A DNA stretch of 64,000 nucleotides, taken from contig JAUVXW010000008.1 of assembly GCA_030603385.1 (NCBI GenBank), forward strand, positions 1 to 64,000, read 5' to 3'. Positions 9,849 through 19,054 of the stretch are shown in pieces. The stretch comes from Promethearchaeota archaeon (lineage in GTDB: Archaea; Asgardarchaeota; Lokiarchaeia; Sigyniarchaeales; SOKP01). The translations under genes and the position numbers were made by a program. The notes beneath the pieces are model-generated. The model did not search any database. It saw nothing but the letters and a program-made list of their open reading frames with translations, and had not been told where the DNA came from. Every line of letters begins with the position of its first letter. The first letter of the stretch is position 1.

Positions 9849-10691
9849 AGGATTATTATAAAAGGAATGATAATAAGGTAAGCAATTACACCGTATAAAA
9901 CACAAAAATAACCAAAATTAATTTTTTTTGCTATTCGTAGTAATAATTCTATTGTTAGATATCCTATTAAAAAACTGACTAAAGTCGTTATAATAATAGT
10001 AATTAAATCTAAAGTACCAAATATTGAACCTTCGCCAAATAAGATATCTACAATAATTGAGGCGATAACGACAGGAACAGACATTAAAAAACTTAATCTA
10101 AGGGCATCATTTTGTTCATATTTTTCTACCAGTATTGCTGAAACAGTAACACCAGAGCGAGATATACCTGGTAATATTGAAAATCCTTGAACGAGTCCTG
10201 ATAAAAAACTATCTTTTCTTACTTTTTTTTTAGAGATATTCGTTATTTTTAGGTTGCCAGATATCTTTCTAGTCTTAATTATAATTATGCCAGTTAATAT
10301 TAATAATCCTGAGATAAAAAGAGTAATTAAGTCTCCTTGAATAGCTGTAAAAGCATCTAAAAATATAAGTTTGATATATGAAATAAAGAGGTAAAGCTGT
10401 TATTCTAGTTCCAATTGTTGCAAAAATTATCCAATTCCTTTTTTTAATATCACTCTCCTCCACATTAGATCCCTTCTGAATTATTGCTTTTATTATTCTG
10501 AGATAATCTCCTCTAAATTTTAACAAAACCGCGATGGTAGTACCTAAATGTAACCATATAGCAAGACTAAAAGCGTTCTCAGGAGAAATACCAAAAAATT
10601 TAGTTGATACAATTATAACTTGACCTGATGAAGAAATAGGAAGCCATTCGAATATTCCTTGGATTAATGCAATGATAATATATTCAATCAT
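9845..10691 (-). pseudogene. uppP: Undecaprenyl/polyprenyl-diphosphate phosphatase (BacA/UppP), frameshifted near 10376
   Basis: N-part QGIFEWLPISSSGQ and LHLGT; after a 1-nt shift the frame reads GLVQGFSILPGISRSGVT and runs into ORF 9845-10084; could be a sequencing error. Confidence 0.85.
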
Positions 10692-10694
10692 TTT

Positions 10695-11171
10695 CTAAAA
10701 TGAATACTTTTTTAACCCTTCCATTAGACACTCAATAATTTCATCTCTAACCTTCTCAAAGATCACTTCTTTCATGCTTGGGTCTTCAATATCTCCGCTT
10801 TTTCCACCAAATTCTTTTATTGTATATATTACCTTGTGATCTTTACCAATGAATTCTTGAATTTCTTTTTTATGTTTCTCTGTTAGCGTTAGAATAAGAT
10901 CTGCTTTTTCTATAATCTCTGGATATTTTTTTAAGTCTATGGAGAGAGCTGTATCGGATAATTTAATCCCGATTTCTTCCATCACTAATTTTGCATCCAT
11001 CGATATAAGCATGCCATCTCTGGCGTGAGAGGAAATACCCCCTGATATAACTTCTACATCCAGTTTGTTTTTGGAAAAAAAATCTCTTAAATATCCCTCA
11101 GCTATCCTACTCCTGGCGGTGTTTACGCTGCATACTAGTAAAACTGATTTGTAGGGGAATTTTTTTTCCAT
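10695..11171 (-). CDS. Low-molecular-weight protein phosphatase / ArsC-like
   Basis: P-loop VCSVNTARS (CX5R), ADLILT, DIEDP. Confidence 0.9.
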   Translation of the reverse strand: MEKKFPYKSVLLVCSVNTARSRIAEGYLRDFFSKNKLDVEVISGGISSHARDGMLISMDAKLVMEEIGIKLSDTALSIDLKKYPEIIEKADLILTLTEKHKKEIQEFIGKDHKVIYTIKEFGGKSGDIEDPSMKEVIFEKVRDEIIECLMEGLKKYSF

Positions 11172-11211
11172 TATTAGAATTAAAAGTAAGATATAAGAAA
11201 AATTTTATTAT

Positions 11212-11898
11212 TTACTTGAAACTAGCCTTATTTGCAAATTTTATCCCCTTCTTTTTCATGTTTTCAAAAACTCTTTTTACGTTCCCTTCTGGTACGTCAA
11301 TACCTCTCGTCAAATTAACTAAGAAATAAACATCATATCCAAAATCAACTCCATCCATAGCAGTAAAATAGCAGCAATAATCTAATGCTAACCCACATAT
11401 GAAAATTCGCTTTATTTTAACTGAGTTTAAATATTCTCTAAGGTCTGTTTCTGATTTTTTATCATTATCTTGAAAACCAGAATAACTATCTACATTTGGA
11501 TTAATTCCTTTTTTAATTATTTTATCTCCCAAATCGATTTTTATATCTTTATGAAACTCAGCTCCTTTTGTATTCTGGACGCAATGATCTGGCCATAACA
11601 CAGGACCTATAGCTCCATCTTCAGATGTGAATTCATTACCAGGGATTTTTCCTGGATGATTACTCGCAAAAGATAGATGATTTTTTGGGTGCCAATCTTG
11701 AGTTAATACCACAAACCCTCCACTTTTTTTGAATTTTTTAGCAGTCATATTTATTTCTTTTATAATAAAATCTCCTTCTTCCACAGGTAATGATCCTCCA
11801 GGTAAAAAATCATTTTGCATATCAACAATTATTAGTGCATCTTTCTCGTCAATTTCTATATTATTTCCATAATTTAAATTTTCCATGGAGTCAAACAC
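11212..11898 (-). CDS. pncA: Nicotinamidase/pyrazinamidase
   Basis: VDMQNDF, TQDWHP, LWPDHCVQ, DSYSGF, GLALDYC. Confidence 0.95.
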   Translation of the reverse strand: MFDSMENLNYGNNIEIDEKDALIIVDMQNDFLPGGSLPVEEGDFIIKEINMTAKKFKKSGGFVVLTQDWHPKNHLSFASNHPGKIPGNEFTSEDGAIGPVLWPDHCVQNTKGAEFHKDIKIDLGDKIIKKGINPNVDSYSGFQDNDKKSETDLREYLNSVKIKRIFICGLALDYCCYFTAMDGVDFGYDVYFLVNLTRGIDVPEGNVKRVFENMKKKGIKFANKASFK

Positions 11899-11923
11899 TA
11901 ATTTTTTTTCATATTAATGATAA

Positions 11924-12595
11924 TTATATCTTTTTATATAACATATAAATCGAATTAAATAAATAAAAAATGAGAATGGAAAACATGACGACCCATTCAT
12001 ACACAGGCATAATAGTGTATACACTTTTCCCAAATTCGCCACATATATCTGGAAGGGCGTTACAAAAATTGGTGATGAAAAACGGTATAAGAAAAGAACC
12101 AAAAATGATAGCTATTATAAAACTAAAATATGCTGCAGATTTTGAATATTTTAAACTTTTTAACATCAAAAGACCAAAAAGTAAACAAACTACAATCCCC
12201 CCCATCCAACTTAAAAGAGCGAATAAACCATGCAAACTACTAAGACCTCCACCCGACACAGCCCCCGTTAATGCAGCGATTACTGAAATAAAAATTCCAG
12301 CGCCTATTGCAATCTTCCTAACATTTTCATCCACATTTTCATCTTTTAGAGCTCTCCCAAGATAGATTATAAAAGGTATTGCAATGGTATTCGAAATTAT
12401 TAACCCAATTCTTGAAAAAATTCCCCCGGTTTGGTGTCCTAGCAAACTTATAGATTTCTCCCACATTACATATTCTGGAGAGAATAAAAGGGCTAAAATA
12501 AAACCAGAAAAGCCGACAACAAATGTTAATAGCCCAAAGACATAACCGGGTATAATCTTGAATAGATTGTCAAAGAATTCATTTATCCTTTTCAT
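11924..12595 (-). CDS. DUF998-like multi-pass membrane protein
   Basis: About 6 TM helices, Y....SIS.LG motif, HG.FA, C-terminal EW; paralog of neighbour. Confidence 0.7.
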   Translation of the reverse strand: MKRINEFFDNLFKIIPGYVFGLLTFVVGFSGFILALLFSPEYVMWEKSISLLGHQTGGIFSRIGLIISNTIAIPFIIYLGRALKDENVDENVRKIAIGAGIFISVIAALTGAVSGGGLSSLHGLFALLSWMGGIVVCLLFGLLMLKSLKYSKSAAYFSFIIAIIFGSFLIPFFITNFCNALPDICGEFGKSVYTIMPVYEWVVMFSILIFYLFNSIYMLYKKI

Positions 12596-12678
12596 AATAT
12601 TCTGTCAACCTTTTATTCTTAATAAAAATTTCCATTAAAATCAAATACAAAGAGGATCTCTACTTTTTAGAGTTAGAA

Positions 12679-13329
12679 TTAGATTTTTTTGTATATCATA
12701 TAAAGAGAAATGATTAAATACCAGAAGATCATTCCAATTGCATTTATCCATTCTAGTGAGGGTAAGATTATCATTAAAAACCTCAAAGTAGGTAAAAGGT
12801 GTAAGTAAAACATAATCATTAATAATAATAGAGTGAAAGAAACCAAAAAACCAAAAAATGCCAGTAATTTTGGATATTTGGAATCTTTAAGGAGTAGAAT
12901 ATTGAAAAATGTGATATAAAATAATCCCGCTTGCAAACTTACTATAGAAAAAACACCATGTATCAGAGCAATTATAGGATTTGATCCACAAAATGCTCCT
13001 AAAAAGATAAAACACACACATGAAATAATCGCTAAGATTACAGCACTTTTTCTTAACTTTTCACTAACTTCTTCTTTATTAAAGGTGCTGCCTAGATAAA
13101 TTACAAAGAAAAAAGCAAATATCCCGGAAAAAACATTACCAACCTGAAAAAACAAACCTCCAGGTCCCTTACACAATGAGCTTACAGCCCTTTTTGTGAA
13201 ATCATACCCTGGATACATTAAATATGCTATTAAATCTCCTAAAAAACTAAATGTTATAGATAATAACCCAAATAACGCTCCTGGAATGAAGCGATTAAGT
13301 TTTTTGGAAATCAAATCAAATTTCTCCAT
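12679..13329 (-). CDS. DUF998-like multi-pass membrane protein (tandem paralog)
   Basis: IPGALFGLL, PGYDF...AVSSL, IHGVFS, LEW, ends YMIYKKI like neighbour. Confidence 0.7.
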   Translation of the reverse strand: MEKFDLISKKLNRFIPGALFGLLSITFSFLGDLIAYLMYPGYDFTKRAVSSLCKGPGGLFFQVGNVFSGIFAFFFVIYLGSTFNKEEVSEKLRKSAVILAIISCVCFIFLGAFCGSNPIIALIHGVFSIVSLQAGLFYITFFNILLLKDSKYPKLLAFFGFLVSFTLLLLMIMFYLHLLPTLRFLMIILPSLEWINAIGMIFWYLIISLYMIYKKI

Positions 13330-13487
13330 AATTGTCTAGTTGAAATTGATAGTAGCGGTTTTATAACAATTTATTGGATAATAATTATAAATTTAATTCC
13401 TATAATATAAAAACCATTTTATACTTTAAAAATTACAATTTAAAGAAAAAAAACAAGACAAAATCAGGGTTCTAACATTTTAGAATA

Positions 13488-15020
13488 TTAAGATTTAGGT
13501 AATCTTATAATAAAGGTGGAACCTTGATTTCGTCCTTTTGATTCTACTAAAATCTTTCCCTCATGGAGTTCCACAATTTCTTTTGAGATATATAATCCAA
13601 GACCCGATCCTTCACTTTCTACATCAAAGCCCTTTCCATATCGTTCAATTTTACCAAATTTCTTAAACAAACCCTCTTTTTCTTTCTTTGTTAAACCGAT
13701 ACCATCATCTTTTATAGAAATCTTTATCCAAGAATCGGTCTCATTTAGAATTATATGGATCTCCCCTTTAGGAGGAGTGTATTTAATAGAGTTTGAAAGT
13801 AGATTAGTAATTACTTGGTCAATTTTGATTCGATCAATTATTACTTTAAGTTCTTTTGGTTGTTCAAAATTGATAATAATATTTCGTTGTTCAGCCCAAT
13901 ATTTTATATCACTAATACATTCATCTATTATTTCAACAATATTTTCATCTTGCAGATGTAAGCTTAATTTGCCAGATTCAACTATAGACACATCAAGTAG
14001 ATTTTCGATTAATAACTTTAGTCTTTGTCCCCCTCTATGAATCATCTCAACAAATTTTAAGGCATCTTCTCCAATTTGTTCCTTTAAAGTACTTAAAAGA
14101 AACTGAGAGGCTGCAGCAATAGAAATCAATGGTGTTTTAAGCTCGTGTGAGGCTGTTGTTATTAATTCACTTTTAATTTGATTTATCTCTAGTAGTTTCT
14201 TATTCTCATCAATAATAAGTCTTTCAGCATTTTTACGTTCTGTAATATCTCTAGAAATGATTAATGCTTTCTTTTTACCATCCAAATCAGTAAATGTCTT
14301 CCCTCTATTTTCTAACCATATATAATGTCCATCTTTATGTTTAACCCTCATTTCACTACTTCCTTCCCCAAATTTAAAACCATTTCTTAAAATCTTAGTA
14401 GCAGCTTTAATATCTTCTGGATGTAAAGGTTCTAATGGAGTCTTACCAATTATATCTTCACTTTTATATCCCAATATATTAAAATAAGCTTTTTCATTGA
14501 TATATTCATGTATTAGTTTTTCATTAATAATCGTAATTAAATCATTCGCATTTTCTAGGATTAGTTTGTATTTTTCTTCCGATTTCTCAAGTTTCTCTTC
14601 AATTTTCTTACGTTCAGTTATTTCTCTTGAAATTAAAATTGTTTTTAAAACACCATTTTGACTTGTAAAAAATTTTCCTTCTGTTTCTAACCAGATATAA
14701 TGTCCATCTTTATGTCTTATTCGAAATTGCTCTTTCACTTCTCCCCGCAATAACCCTTGTCTTATAGCTTTCGCAGCTCTAAGAAGATCATCCGGATGGG
14801 TGAACTCTCTTGGTTTCTTTCCAATAATCTCTTCTTCTGTATAGCCTAATGTATTAAAATACGCATTCTTATTAATGAATTCATGCTCAAAATTGTGATT
14901 TAAAATTGTAATTAAATCATTAGTATTTTCTATTATTAATTGGTATTTATCAAATGTATCTTCAATACCACCAGGGATATCCTTTAGATTGATTTCTGCT
15001 TTTCGTGGCATATATATCAC
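13488..15020 (-). CDS. Cytoplasmic PAS-PAS sensor histidine kinase
   Basis: Two PAS repeats (HPDD/HPED, HKDGHYIWLE, SR.ITERK); H-box ASHELKTPL; N, G1 (DDGIG), G2 (GSGLGL) boxes. Confidence 0.95.
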   Translation of the reverse strand: MIYMPRKAEINLKDIPGGIEDTFDKYQLIIENTNDLITILNHNFEHEFINKNAYFNTLGYTEEEIIGKKPREFTHPDDLLRAAKAIRQGLLRGEVKEQFRIRHKDGHYIWLETEGKFFTSQNGVLKTILISREITERKKIEEKLEKSEEKYKLILENANDLITIINEKLIHEYINEKAYFNILGYKSEDIIGKTPLEPLHPEDIKAATKILRNGFKFGEGSSEMRVKHKDGHYIWLENRGKTFTDLDGKKKALIISRDITERKNAERLIIDENKKLLEINQIKSELITTASHELKTPLISIAAASQFLLSTLKEQIGEDALKFVEMIHRGGQRLKLLIENLLDVSIVESGKLSLHLQDENIVEIIDECISDIKYWAEQRNIIINFEQPKELKVIIDRIKIDQVITNLLSNSIKYTPPKGEIHIILNETDSWIKISIKDDGIGLTKKEKEGLFKKFGKIERYGKGFDVESEGSGLGLYISKEIVELHEGKILVESKGRNQGSTFIIRLPKS

Positions 15021-15439
15021 TTTTTTTCTCTAAAGTAGAGATTTGCATTTAGATTAAGTTAACTAATATTATTTTACTTGGATCTTTGATTGGTTCGGAT
15101 GGAGCAATCTAAAATCTGTTTTACAAGATTTTACAAAATTATTGTTTTCTTATTACACTCCTATATTTTTAATAGTGTTATTCGTTTTAATATTGATGAG
15201 AATGTCGTTTGTTCTATGATTTGAAACGTACTTACTTTTGATCTGAGTTTAATTGACATTTTTTTAAGAATTTTCTTTATGGGAAGGGTGTGGGAAAAGA
15301 CTTATTGTTTTAAATTAAGTGATTTCCTGGAAATACTTTAAAAAGTCATAAGGTTTTGAAAACTATATTATTTTATCATTTCAAAAAGATTTAATTAATA
15401 ATCCTAATTATAATAAAATAAGCTTATATTATAATTTAA

Positions 15440-15510
15440 GCGCTCGTAGTATAGTGGTAATATGCTGGCTTCCCAAGTCAGCGTCCCGGGTTCAATTCCC
15501 GGCGGGCGCA
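15440..15510 (+). tRNA. tRNA-Gly (anticodon CCC)
   Basis: Cloverleaf: acceptor GCGCTCG/CGGGCGC, anticodon arm CTGGC-TTCCCAA-GTCAG, T arm CCGGG-TTCAATT-CCCGG; no encoded CCA. Confidence 0.96.
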
Positions 15511-15632
15511 TCATAAATATTAATGCTTTGAATAGAAAAAATCCTAAATATTCAAAACAAATTCTAATTAAATGAAACTAATATTACTAACAAGACTTTT
15601 GAAATGGGGATAATTAACTCTAAACTAGAGAT

Positions 15633-15887
15633 CTAATTTCCTAGATTGTCCAAGAATAGGTTTAGCGAAGGTGAATCGTTTTCTATTTCTTTGCATAGTA
15701 TAGAAATTTCACCAAATAGAGAAGCTACTTTTTCAAAAACACCACTTTTCTTATAATGTTCAGCTTCTTCCATTTCTAACATTACCTCTAGTAACGGTTT
15801 AAATAATTCTAGAATTTCATAAACATTCTTTAAGATATCCTTCACAAGATGAATTTTTCTATTAATTTTATCATCCATAGTCGACAT
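15633..15887 (-). CDS. Small helical hypothetical protein
   Basis: 84-aa ORF with ATG and amphipathic helical pattern; no recognised motif. Confidence 0.6.
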   Translation of the reverse strand: MSTMDDKINRKIHLVKDILKNVYEILELFKPLLEVMLEMEEAEHYKKSGVFEKVASLFGEISILCKEIENDSPSLNLFLDNLGN

Positions 15888-16185
15888 TACAATTCACAAC
15901 ATATTTTTTACTTAAAACTATGTTTGAATAATAATTATATTTTACTTATTAAATGTTTTCGGTTTTATTTTGCCAAGAATAAGTTTGTATGCAAAAAAAT
16001 CTAATGTTCTAATTTGAAATTATATTTGTGGGAAAAATAACAATCCAATTATATTTTTGAGATATTTTATTAAGAAAGAAATTGTTAAATTTTTCACATA
16101 TTTCTATGAATTTTTTACATCAAAGGAACTTTATGGTGATTTGGGGGAAAAAAGATAAGTAAAAGGAGTATTACTTTTATAACGA

Positions 16186-16852
16186 TTATTTTAATTTTTC
16201 CACTTTTCTTAGTAAATCCCTTAAGTGTAAGTTACCAATCCCGAATTTTACTCTAAATGAAAACATTAAAACCAAATTGAATTTTATTCCATTTATCTCC
16301 ATAAAATTAGAAATGAATTTCTCACTATTTTCTAATTCTAAATACATTTTTGTTACACTCACTAAGTTTCTTTCACTTCTAACCTAATTCTTTCATCGTG
16401 TTAAATAAAGTTGTTTGAGGTAATGAAGAATATAAAACTTTCCCTTCTTCATTGAATATGCCACTTCCAATTATCTCTTTATCATCAACACATTCTCTTA
16501 AGAGTTGGATTATATTTTGAAATATCGCCATAGATGTGAAATCCTTTTCTTCAACATTACTATCTCTCTTTTCTTCTAGTACATCTATACTGCTTTCATA
16601 AAGTTCCATATTTGTAAATTCGAAATCTACTGTCTGATAACCCCTAACAACAAAATTCTTGTCAACAAATGCTTGAAAGCTATGTTCACAATTCAATCCT
16701 GAAGGTATTGATACAGTAGTTAATTGTTTGCTTTGATTAATAATTTTAACTGGTAATCTCAATTTTCGACTTTCCTTACATATTGGGCATCTCGTAAGGA
16801 TTTCTTCAAAAAATCCAGCAGAATCAGTATTCATTCCATTTGGCAATGTCAT
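16186..16852 (-). pseudogene. Zn-ribbon plus roadblock-like domain protein, frameshifted near 16385
   Basis: CPIC...CEH N-terminus; IIGSGIFNEEGKVLYSSLP; after the shift continues VRSERNLVSVTKMYLELENSEKFISNFMEINGIKFNLVLMFSFRVKFGIGNLHLRDLLRKVEKLK* (stop 16186-16188). Confidence 0.65.
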
Positions 16853-17219
16853 TATTAGGTCGTTTCCTTATTTAAAAGTTTTAACACAGTTAGGAATTTT
16901 AGGCTAAAATTTCCTTATTTATTAAAAAAGTCTTTTGTGTTCAAAACTACTTTAATATGTAATTTCTTCAATTTATTTAAATTTTTGTCTTAACAAACAA
17001 ATCTTAATGGTAAAAGCTAGGATTTTATATATAAATAGTATGCTTAAAAATTAAAAACGTTCAAAAGCACAAAATAGTCTTACAACAAAAAGATTTAAAT
17101 ACAGATTCTATTATAACTTTTCTATTACAGCATGTATAAAGACACAAAAAAATAAAATATTTACCACAAAAATAATAAAAAATTTTACAAAAAAATTAGC
17201 AATATAGACAAGCTTAGGC

Positions 17220-18041
17220 ATGAAGTTAATGATAATCATGGATAATTATCAAAATTCTAAGGAAAACCCACTAGCAATGGAAATGCTAGGTATTGGTTTA
17301 GTTGAAATTTCACAAATAGATATAGAAGCTAAATTTAATGTGCTATTCCAGAAAGGAATAGGGGTACCACTTATTCAAAATATTATTGAATTATATAAAA
17401 AAGAAATTATTCATAAAAAGCAGGGGAATTCGATAATTCCCTTAGAAAAATTCACGATCTTTATTCACTATTTTGAAAATCACAATCATAATATATTAGT
17501 TATAATTTATATGGAAAAAAAAGATAGTTCAGTAAATTTTTCTAAGTTATATTTCTTATCGAGAAAAATAAATAGGAAATTTCAGTTAAATGAACCTGTC
17601 TCAAATATAATAGAAGATTTTGATACAGTTGTGGAAGTTCCCAGAACAGATGGGATCATAGCAATTTTTATTATAGGTTCAACAGGAAGTCCATATATAT
17701 CTAAAATTAATAAGGATAGATCTGAAATCGCAGATCATGAAGTTCACATAGGGGGTTTCATTTCTGCTTTATTATCATTTTCAAACACGATTATTGGAGA
17801 AGAAACTGGAGCAAAATTAAAAGAAATTAACTTTGGTAATCAACAATTCTATGTTATATCGAAGAGCAACGTGATTTTTGCTTTTTTGGTCGAAAACATG
17901 AACTCATTAATTCAAAGATACATGTACTTACTTGCTGACGAATTCCTCTACCAATTTAAGAATCGTATAAAAGACTTTAACGGGGATATAACCCCATTCA
18001 ACTGTTTTGAAGAAAAAATTAATCAATATTTTATAATATAA
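17220..18041 (+). CDS. Longin-domain protein (probably tandem longin-like)
   Basis: C-terminal IIAIFIIGSTGSPYI..., IGGFISALLSFS, LKEINFG, ADEF...F.....FNGDITPF..FEE: typical Asgard longin pattern. Confidence 0.75.
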   Translation: MKLMIIMDNYQNSKENPLAMEMLGIGLVEISQIDIEAKFNVLFQKGIGVPLIQNIIELYKKEIIHKKQGNSIIPLEKFTIFIHYFENHNHNILVIIYMEKKDSSVNFSKLYFLSRKINRKFQLNEPVSNIIEDFDTVVEVPRTDGIIAIFIIGSTGSPYISKINKDRSEIADHEVHIGGFISALLSFSNTIIGEETGAKLKEINFGNQQFYVISKSNVIFAFLVENMNSLIQRYMYLLADEFLYQFKNRIKDFNGDITPFNCFEEKINQYFII

Positions 18042-18059
18042 AAAAGAGGTATAAAGAAA

Positions 18060-18596
18060 ATGATTCAAGACCAGGAATATAAAGATATAAATCAAGTTTC
18101 CATCCTTATTTTTCAAATTGGATGGGAACAATTTGTTATTGACCTTCTTGATGTTAAAGAAATAATTCAAGCAGGACAAATAAGAAAATTGCCAAAAAGC
18201 TTAGATTACATAGATGGAATTTACAATTACAGAGGAGAGATAATACACGTCGTTAATTTGAAAAAGAAATTAAACTTGAATGAATACATGCTATATCGTT
18301 CTAAGAACTCCTCTACAGAAGAAGAAAATTACAGTAACACAAAGAGGTACATAATTATTCTAAAAGTGGATAATAACCTTATTGGATTTTATGTTAATCG
18401 CATCATAAACATTGATCACATCGATGTCAGCGAAATTATAGGACTAAGTCCAATATTTCAAACAAGTGTTGCTATGGAATACATAAAAGGAGTCATAAAT
18501 TTTAAAGAAAGACCAAGAATCATGCTTGATTTAGGCAAGATTCTTTACGAAGTTGAGAAATTTAAAATCCAACAAGATTTGTCATCTTTGACATAA
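18060..18596 (+). CDS. cheW: Chemotaxis coupling protein CheW
   Basis: VKEII, LP....YIDGIYNYRGEIIHVVNL, IGFYVNRI, YIKGV, IMLDL. Confidence 0.9.
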   Translation: MIQDQEYKDINQVSILIFQIGWEQFVIDLLDVKEIIQAGQIRKLPKSLDYIDGIYNYRGEIIHVVNLKKKLNLNEYMLYRSKNSSTEEENYSNTKRYIIILKVDNNLIGFYVNRIINIDHIDVSEIIGLSPIFQTSVAMEYIKGVINFKERPRIMLDLGKILYEVEKFKIQQDLSSLT

Positions 18597-18630
18597 AAAT
18601 AAATTTAAAATAAAAAATGGAGTTGATTAA

Positions 18631-19026
18631 ATGACAAACGAAAAACGTTCAGTATTGATTGTGGATGACGCCCAATTTACACGGAATATGCTAAAGAACA
18701 TCATTAGCAAGATTGAATTAATCGAAGTTATTGGTGAAGCTGCTAATGGTGTTGAGGCAATCTCCTTGTATAAAAAATTAAATCCTGATTTGGTTACTAT
18801 GGATTTAGTTATGCCAGAAAAGGGGGGTATTGAAGCAACAGAAGAGATCTTAAAAATTAATCCGAAAGCATTAATTGTAGTAGTATCAGCATTAGGACAA
18901 GAAGCTTTAGTCCTTGAAGCAGCAAAGAAGGGAGCAAAAGATTTTATTCAAAAACCTTTCAAGACTGAACAAATACTTGAGGTAATGGATCGTATACTAA
19001 AGAATAAGAAAGCTGTTAAAAAATAA
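18631..19026 (+). CDS. cheY: Response regulator CheY
   Basis: IVDDA, PDLVTMDLVMP (phospho-Asp), VVSA, FIQKPF; stand-alone receiver between cheW and cheA. Confidence 0.95.
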   Translation: MTNEKRSVLIVDDAQFTRNMLKNIISKIELIEVIGEAANGVEAISLYKKLNPDLVTMDLVMPEKGGIEATEEILKINPKALIVVVSALGQEALVLEAAKKGAKDFIQKPFKTEQILEVMDRILKNKKAVKK

Positions 19027-19054
19027 ATAGTAAATTAAATAATGGGGTGATTAA

